Shown here: in pieces, positions 59,233 through 64,000 of the stretch | Position numbering within the stretch: the stretch's first letter is position 1 | Layout: each line of letters begins with the position of its first letter | Assembly: GCA_963746475.1 (NCBI GenBank) | Contig: CAVVBB010000002.1 | Coordinates: 785,079-849,078 of the forward strand | DNA length: 64,000 bases | Source of the DNA: an uncultured delta proteobacterium | GTDB taxonomy: Bacteria > Myxococcota_A > Polyangia > Polyangiales > Houyiibacteriaceae | Reading direction: 5' to 3' | Translations under genes and position numbers: made by a program | Notes under the pieces: model-generated | Seen by the model: the letters and a program-made list of their open reading frames with translations, nothing else | What the model was told of the DNA's origin: nothing | The model's database searches: none

Positions 59233-60195
59233 GTGAAGAAGATCGTCATCCACAAGCCTGGCGGCTACGAGCAACTGCGCATCGAAGCGGCGCCAGACCC
59301 CGCGCCCGGACCCGACGAGCTGCTGATCGACGTGCGCGCCATCGGCGTAAACTACGCCGACGTCATCGTGCGCATGGGGCTCTACTCCTCCGCGAGAGAG
59401 TTCGTAGGCTGGCCGATCACGCCCGGCTTCGAGGTGTCCGGGGTCGTCGAGCAATGCGGCGAGCGAGTCGAGGCTTTCAAACCCGGAGATGAGGTCGTCT
59501 CCGTGACGCTCTTCGACGGATACGCGACGAAGCTCCGTGCGAAGCAAGTCTATGCGTTCCCCAAACCTGCCGCGCTCTCCTACGCGCAGGCCGCGTCGCT
59601 GCCTGCGGTCTTCATGACCGCATGGTTCGCTCTCAAAGAGCTCGCGCACCCGCGTCCGGGAGCGAAGCTTCTCGTGCATTCCGCAGCGGGAGGCGTAGGC
59701 AGCAGCCTCGTCCAGCTCGCCAAGCTCATGGGCTGGGAGGTGGTTGGGGTGGTGGGCGACAGCCACAAGATCGAAGTGGCCAAGTCGCGCGGGGCAGATT
59801 TCGTAATCGACAAGTCGCGACAGGACTTGTGGAAAGAAGCGAGAAAGCGGGCACCGCAAGGTTACCACGTCATCTGTGACGCCAACGGCGTGGCGAGTCT
59901 CAGACAGAGCTACAAGCACCTCCGCCGAGCTGGCAAGCTCGTCGTCTACGGCTTCCACACGATGATGCCCAAGAAGGGTGGCAGACCGAACTGGCCCAAG
60001 TTGGCTTTCGATTGGCTCAGGATGCCGCGTTTCAATCCGCTCGACCTCACGAACGACAGCAAGAGCGTCCTTGCCTTCAATCTAAGCTACCTCTTCGACC
60101 GGACGGACCTGCTCGAGCACTTCGTTTCCGAGCTGCGCCAGTGGATCGAACAGGGCGCCATTCAACCGCCTCCTCTGATGGAATACCCCTTCTAG
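59233..60195 (+). CDS. Medium-chain (zinc-type fold) dehydrogenase/reductase, quinone oxidoreductase / VAT-1-like
   Basis: IGVNYADVIVRMGLY, GFEVSGVV and the nucleotide-binding VHSAAGGVGS are present. GTG start. Confidence 0.8.
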   Translation: MKKIVIHKPGGYEQLRIEAAPDPAPGPDELLIDVRAIGVNYADVIVRMGLYSSAREFVGWPITPGFEVSGVVEQCGERVEAFKPGDEVVSVTLFDGYATKLRAKQVYAFPKPAALSYAQAASLPAVFMTAWFALKELAHPRPGAKLLVHSAAGGVGSSLVQLAKLMGWEVVGVVGDSHKIEVAKSRGADFVIDKSRQDLWKEARKRAPQGYHVICDANGVASLRQSYKHLRRAGKLVVYGFHTMMPKKGGRPNWPKLAFDWLRMPRFNPLDLTNDSKSVLAFNLSYLFDRTDLLEHFVSELRQWIEQGAIQPPPLMEYPF

Positions 60196-60346
60196 GTGCG
60201 AGGTCGAAGTGACGCACAGCGCCCACCATGCCCCCACGATAAGTCGCAGCCCACACAAATATCCCTTGCCGCGAAAGGACAGTCGGTTCACTAACGCGCG
60301 TTTGCCCAGTTGGGCTCGTATCACTTCAACTTAGTTAAGGACCAAG

Positions 60347-61672
60347 ATGTACAAATTTCTCCGAAATTCGCTCGTAGTCGCCACGCTGGCACTGGGCGTT
60401 GCACCTTCGACCGGCCTGGCTGCCCCGTCGAAGATGACGCAGTGCGACGAGTCGGTCGATGTCTATGAACGATTGGCCTGCAAGCAAGCAGCTATCGCTG
60501 CTCAGATGGAATACACCGCGGAAGTACTTGACAGCGGCGAGCTAAGCAACGCCCTAAGCGCGGGTCAAAAGAAGCAGATAGCTCACGGAAGAGACAAGGC
60601 GTTACGGGCCGCAACGAAAAACGACGACAAGTTCTTCAAGAGGCTCGCCAAGGCCGAGTCTCGGGGTAACAAGGGGCAGCTCGGCCATCTCGTGCCTTTC
60701 GACGCGGACGACGACCAGATCCCGGATGGCGGCGATGGCATCTGCGACTATGAGCAAGGGGTCGAGGCCGCAGACTGCGCCGCGATCGAGTTGGACCAGA
60801 ACGGCAACCTTCAAACCTGCAACCCAGAGAAGAAGAACAAGGGCAAGGGCAACGGGGATAACGGGAATCCGAAGTTCAAAGGACTTGAATGCGACCGCTC
60901 GATCGACCTCGAAGAGCCGCAGGGCACAGAAGAGTTCGACGACATGCGGGAGGCTGCCGAGCAACTCGAGGCAACCTACGACGCCGCGGAAGACAATCTG
61001 ATCGAGATGAACGGTACACTCGAAAGTGTCAATGACAACGTCGCGACCAGCGCTTCGCCTATGCAAGTGCAAACTTTCGCCCTGGCCATCGGTTCAAGCG
61101 GATGCGAATTTCCTACCTCCACCCCGGGCCTTCTCGAGGCGGTGCACTCGCTGGAGCTCGTCAGTGCTACCCTTTCTGGAGCAGCGCAGATTGCTGGGCA
61201 CATTACGGGTCAGGACGCTTTTGGTTTCAACGCCCAAGCCGCAGCTGCTGTTCTCGACGGAATCGCTCAAGCGGCGGACATCGCGCTCATTGCTGTCCAA
61301 TGGGTGGCAGACAAGGAGAGCGACGAGCTGCAGGGCGCGATCACGGACTGTATGGATCAATCGCAGCGAACGCTCGATGCGGTGCTGATCTCAATGAGTG
61401 ACGCGGCGAGCGGGACCACTCAGCAAATCGCCGGGTTGCAGGGCGAAATCGGAGCTTTGAAAGGCCAAATCTCCGATTTGGAAACGACCGTGAAAGGGCT
61501 GATCGCAGGCTTACAGGTCGCCTTGATTCAGGACAACGCGGGGAAGGCCGAGGACATCATGTCGAACGACAACACGAATAGCACCGCGATTAAGACCAAC
61601 GTCGAGGCGGCCCGAAAGGAAGTCGTCGACCTGCTGAGGACCCCGGAGGGCCAGCGGATCACGGGTAACTAG
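60347..61672 (+). CDS. Hypothetical secreted protein, partly coiled-coil, with atypical codon usage
   Basis: The signal peptide is MYKFLRNSLVVATLALGVAPSTGLAAPS. Heptad-like segments occur (IAGLQGEIGALKGQISDLETTVKGLIAGLQ). A/T-ending codons (gaa, caa, gct, att, ttg, aaa) are visibly more frequent than in neighbouring genes. Confidence 0.6.
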   Translation: MYKFLRNSLVVATLALGVAPSTGLAAPSKMTQCDESVDVYERLACKQAAIAAQMEYTAEVLDSGELSNALSAGQKKQIAHGRDKALRAATKNDDKFFKRLAKAESRGNKGQLGHLVPFDADDDQIPDGGDGICDYEQGVEAADCAAIELDQNGNLQTCNPEKKNKGKGNGDNGNPKFKGLECDRSIDLEEPQGTEEFDDMREAAEQLEATYDAAEDNLIEMNGTLESVNDNVATSASPMQVQTFALAIGSSGCEFPTSTPGLLEAVHSLELVSATLSGAAQIAGHITGQDAFGFNAQAAAAVLDGIAQAADIALIAVQWVADKESDELQGAITDCMDQSQRTLDAVLISMSDAASGTTQQIAGLQGEIGALKGQISDLETTVKGLIAGLQVALIQDNAGKAEDIMSNDNTNSTAIKTNVEAARKEVVDLLRTPEGQRITGN

Positions 61673-61684
61673 GCGCTCGGTCGA

Positions 61685-61708
61685 GAAGGGGCTCTTTTGA
61701 GCCTCTTC
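61685..61708 (+). terminator. Stem-loop 13 nt after the stop of 60347..61672
   Basis: The structure is GAAGGGGCTC-tttt-GAGCCTCTTC, a 10-bp stem with one mismatch. It has no clear U-tail. Confidence 0.35.
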
Positions 61709-61752
61709 GATTGGAGCTGGAAGTTGCGACACGTCGACCTTCCAGTGACTCA

Positions 61753-61783
61753 GATGCCAGCCCTGCGTTGCAGGGCTGGCATC
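61753..61783 (+). terminator. Perfect 14-bp stem-loop, candidate intrinsic terminator
   Basis: The structure is GATGCCAGCCCTGC-gtt-GCAGGGCTGGCATC followed by GTCGTTT. Confidence 0.5.
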
Positions 61784-61825
61784 GTCGTTTAAGCCATCCT
61801 TCCGCGCACTGGCCGAGGGACGGGC

Positions 61826-62488
61826 TTGGGCGAGATCACGACGCCTGAACCGCTGCCGAAGAAGGACACTTACTACGGCGAGGACTGTCCTAAGGGCACG
61901 CCTCAAGGTGCGAAAGCGCTCGTCATCGTCGGCGCCACGCTCATTTCGATCATCCCGCTCGCCATCGGCGTGCCGCGTCTGCGGCAGTGGAGGAGTGCGA
62001 AGGGAGACGGCCGATGCGGCTCGGAAGACCCTCAGCCGTCGAACGAGACGGTGAAGGGGCCGGAGCCGCTGAAGCAGCTACACATGGCCGCCGCCAATGG
62101 AGACGCCGGCGCCCAGCTCGTGTTGGGATTTCGTTATGCAGAGGGCCAGGGTGTTCCGCAAGACTTCGCGGCGGCGGTTCGATGGACTACGTTGGCTGCA
62201 GAACAAGGCAACGTGACGGCGCAAACCAACCTCGGAAGCGCTTACTACAATGGCCAGGGCATCGCCCGCGACTTCAGCGGGGCCATCGAGTGGTACCGCA
62301 AGGCCGCGGACCAGGGCCATGCGCGAGCTCAGTTCAGTCTCGGCTACATGTACGACGAGGGCGAGGGGGTTCCGCGAGATTCCGCGCAAGCGACGGAGTG
62401 GTACCGCCGTGCCGCCGAGCAGGAGTACGCGCCGGCTATTGCCGCGCTAGAGGCACTACAAGCTACGGGTTCAAGCGCGGCCAGGTAG
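61826..62488 (+). CDS. Membrane-anchored Sel1-like repeat (SLR/TPR) protein
   Basis: The TM segment is ALVIVGATLISIIPLAIGV. Four Sel1 repeats follow (GDAGAQLVLGFRYAEGQGVPQDFAAAVRW..., GNVTAQTNLGSAYYNGQGIARDFSGAIEWYRKAA..., GHARAQFSLGYMYDEGEGVPRDSAQATEWYRRAA). The TTG start is uncertain. Confidence 0.7.
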   Translation: MGEITTPEPLPKKDTYYGEDCPKGTPQGAKALVIVGATLISIIPLAIGVPRLRQWRSAKGDGRCGSEDPQPSNETVKGPEPLKQLHMAAANGDAGAQLVLGFRYAEGQGVPQDFAAAVRWTTLAAEQGNVTAQTNLGSAYYNGQGIARDFSGAIEWYRKAADQGHARAQFSLGYMYDEGEGVPRDSAQATEWYRRAAEQEYAPAIAALEALQATGSSAAR

Positions 62489-63271
62489 CGGTGCTCGGTG
62501 GGTAGACCGCGATTTGGCCATCGGCGACAAAGCGTCCGAAGGGGTGCATGGGTCTTGCCGGGCTCGAGGAGCGGCATGAATTGACTGCGGGGAGCACGGC
62601 AAGGGCGAGTACCGTACGAGCCCCGCAAAGGGGGACTCGGATGGCTGGCAGATTCCACAGGACGATGTTCCTTCTGGCGGCGCTTTTCTTTTGGTTCCTC
62701 TACCGAAGCAGACACAGGGTGAGAGTCAGCAACCTGCTCGTGTAGTCGCGCTCGACGGAATCCGACCTTGTTTGGCTGCCCTCCGAGCGCGGACGGCTCG
62801 CGAGGCTGCGTTGCCCGGATCCAGTCGGGGAGCCGCTTAGTGGCCCCAAGTGCCACTTCTTTGGCCCGAAGTGACACTGCAGCAGCTCGCGCAAGACGTT
62901 ACGATGAGGGCATCGGACCTGGATCGGGGTGGTGACTGTTCTCGGCCGATCGTCACGGTGTGGCACGGCCTTCAGTGCTGGCTCTGAGCCCGAAGCGCGA
63001 AGCACAGCTCGCGTCACCAGGAGAGCTGGCACCCGCACGGTGCGCTCTGCGGGGTCGAGACCAAGCAGCCGAGTCGGACGTCCACGACGGCCGGCCGGCA
63101 CCAGATTTCTTCGCGCACCACGGCCAGTAGTCCCTGAAGCGAGGCCTGAGAGATGAGGCGCGCTCGGCGAAGACCGGGCGCGCCTTTTTTTGCGCATCAG
63201 GGCTGTTCGGAACGGGATCAGGGAACATGCTACGGTTAGTCTCGGCTAGAGATCACTCGCCACGTCGCAGC

Positions 63272-64000
63272 ATGTCGTCCGCATCCAAACGCCAAAAGCG
63301 AGACCTATCGAGCGTCTTGGCGCAGCCGCACGAAACGTACAAGGTGCGACTGCTCACTCAGCTCGCCGTCGAACGCGGCGCCTCGCTAGAGCGCTGCCTT
63401 GCTGGATCGGGCGTTGATGAGGAGATGCTCGAGGACCCGACCGCCTGCATCGCGGGTTGGCAGGTGTTGGCCATCGGCGCCAACGTAGCGACTGCGGTTC
63501 CTGAGGAACTGGGAGTGGGCGTTGCCTACGTCAGGGGGCTCCACGCGACGGCTTTTGGACCACTTGGCTACGCCTTGATGTGCAAGGCCAGTCTCTACGA
63601 GGCGCTAGAGACACTCGTCGTTCGATACCCAGAGCTCACCGGCAGTGTGCTTCCTCTTTTCTTGGAGGAAGAGGATGACGACTTGCGCGTGATCGTCGAC
63701 GACCGCGAGCTTACCGGCCCGAAGACGCTGCGTCGGCAATTTATCGAAGTGCATCTGGCGGGTATTTTTCACATCCTTCAACAGGTGCTCGGCGCTCCAC
63801 TCACCCCGAAGTCGGTCGAGCTCAGGCCCCCGGCCCATCCCCATTGCAGGCCCTTCGAGGAAGTCTTCGGCGTGCGAGAGTCCTTCGGACGACCAGACAA
63901 CGTGTTGACCTTTTCACGCAAAGACTTTCAAACACCACTGCCCATGGCCAACGCGCACACCGACGCGGCCATGGACATCCTCTTGCAAGAGCTGTTGGCG
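63272..64000 (+). CDS. AraC-family transcriptional regulator, N-terminal ligand-binding (arabinose-binding-like) domain; 3' end outside the window
   Basis: It is not in the ORF track because there is no stop within the window. From ATG 63272 the frame is open to 64000. MSSASKRQKRDLSS...VRLLTQLAVERGASLERCLAGSGVDEEMLEDPTACIAGWQ...GLHATAFGPLGYALMCKASLYEALETLVRY fits the N-terminal domain of OruR/AraC-type regulators. Confidence 0.65.
   Translation, partial: MSSASKRQKRDLSSVLAQPHETYKVRLLTQLAVERGASLERCLAGSGVDEEMLEDPTACIAGWQVLAIGANVATAVPEELGVGVAYVRGLHATAFGPLGYALMCKASLYEALETLVVRYPELTGSVLPLFLEEEDDDLRVIVDDRELTGPKTLRRQFIEVHLAGIFHILQQVLGAPLTPKSVELRPPAHPHCRPFEEVFGVRESFGRPDNVLTFSRKDFQTPLPMANAHTDAAMDILLQELLA

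Noticed and set aside
62344-63228. Overlapping minus-strand ORFs (177, 165 and 91 aa) as candidate genes or a transposase remnant.
   Set aside because: No motif is recognisable in any frame. The composition is Arg/Pro/Ser-rich and the ORFs are mutually overlapping. The region is reported only as an unexplained spacer.

Overview
GC-rich bacterial chromosomal window. The gene content suggests a Myxococcota-like genome (inference): lipoproteins with ...GCGDD lipoboxes, a Hanks kinase with a PEGA partner, myxo-type Cys-rich repeats and several giant secreted proteins. I can support roughly 50 protein-coding genes on both strands. I saw no rRNA, tRNA or CRISPR array. Many long ORFs in the track are antisense or alternative-frame shadows typical of high-GC DNA. 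Main points follow. (1) A PQQ island lies at about 23.5-36 kb. In order it holds a lipoprotein, a 1060-aa secreted protein, an unlisted pqqA (28966-29079, buried in a spurious 280-aa ORF), a 1273-aa secreted protein, then pqqBCDE. The 1273-aa protein has a PQQ-dehydrogenase-type propeller at its C-terminus. Its roughly 700-aa N-terminal module is paralogous to the upstream 1060-aa protein and matches no family I can name. This giant gene sits between pqqA and pqqB, which is unusual. The left edge of the island abuts an unlisted C-terminal relic of a DUF3604 gene. About 5 kb downstream is a 1643-aa mosaic of PQQ-sugar-dehydrogenase, haem-c motifs, PA14, a cadherin-like domain and Cys-rich repeats. 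It carries about 3.5 near-identical 402-bp tandem repeats. (2) The first 6.3 kb contain an IS200-like Y1/HUH transposase (RAYT-like). They also contain at least 10 copies of the palindrome TCCC(A/T)GGGA, including a tandem cluster, and a decayed GroEL fragment. (3) At least three conserved genes show reading-frame breaks: an acyl-CoA ligase, a cation/proton antiporter, and the signal peptide of a secreted protein next to a (GCC)5 tract. These are either real pseudogenes or assembly indels. (4) Other notable items are an HPF-cold-shock-domain fusion, a 71-aa GyrA-winged-helix-like miniprotein, a secreted glutaminase/porin/GltS cluster and an ATP-grasp/alpha-E pair. All family assignments come from motif recognition by eye. 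No searches were run.
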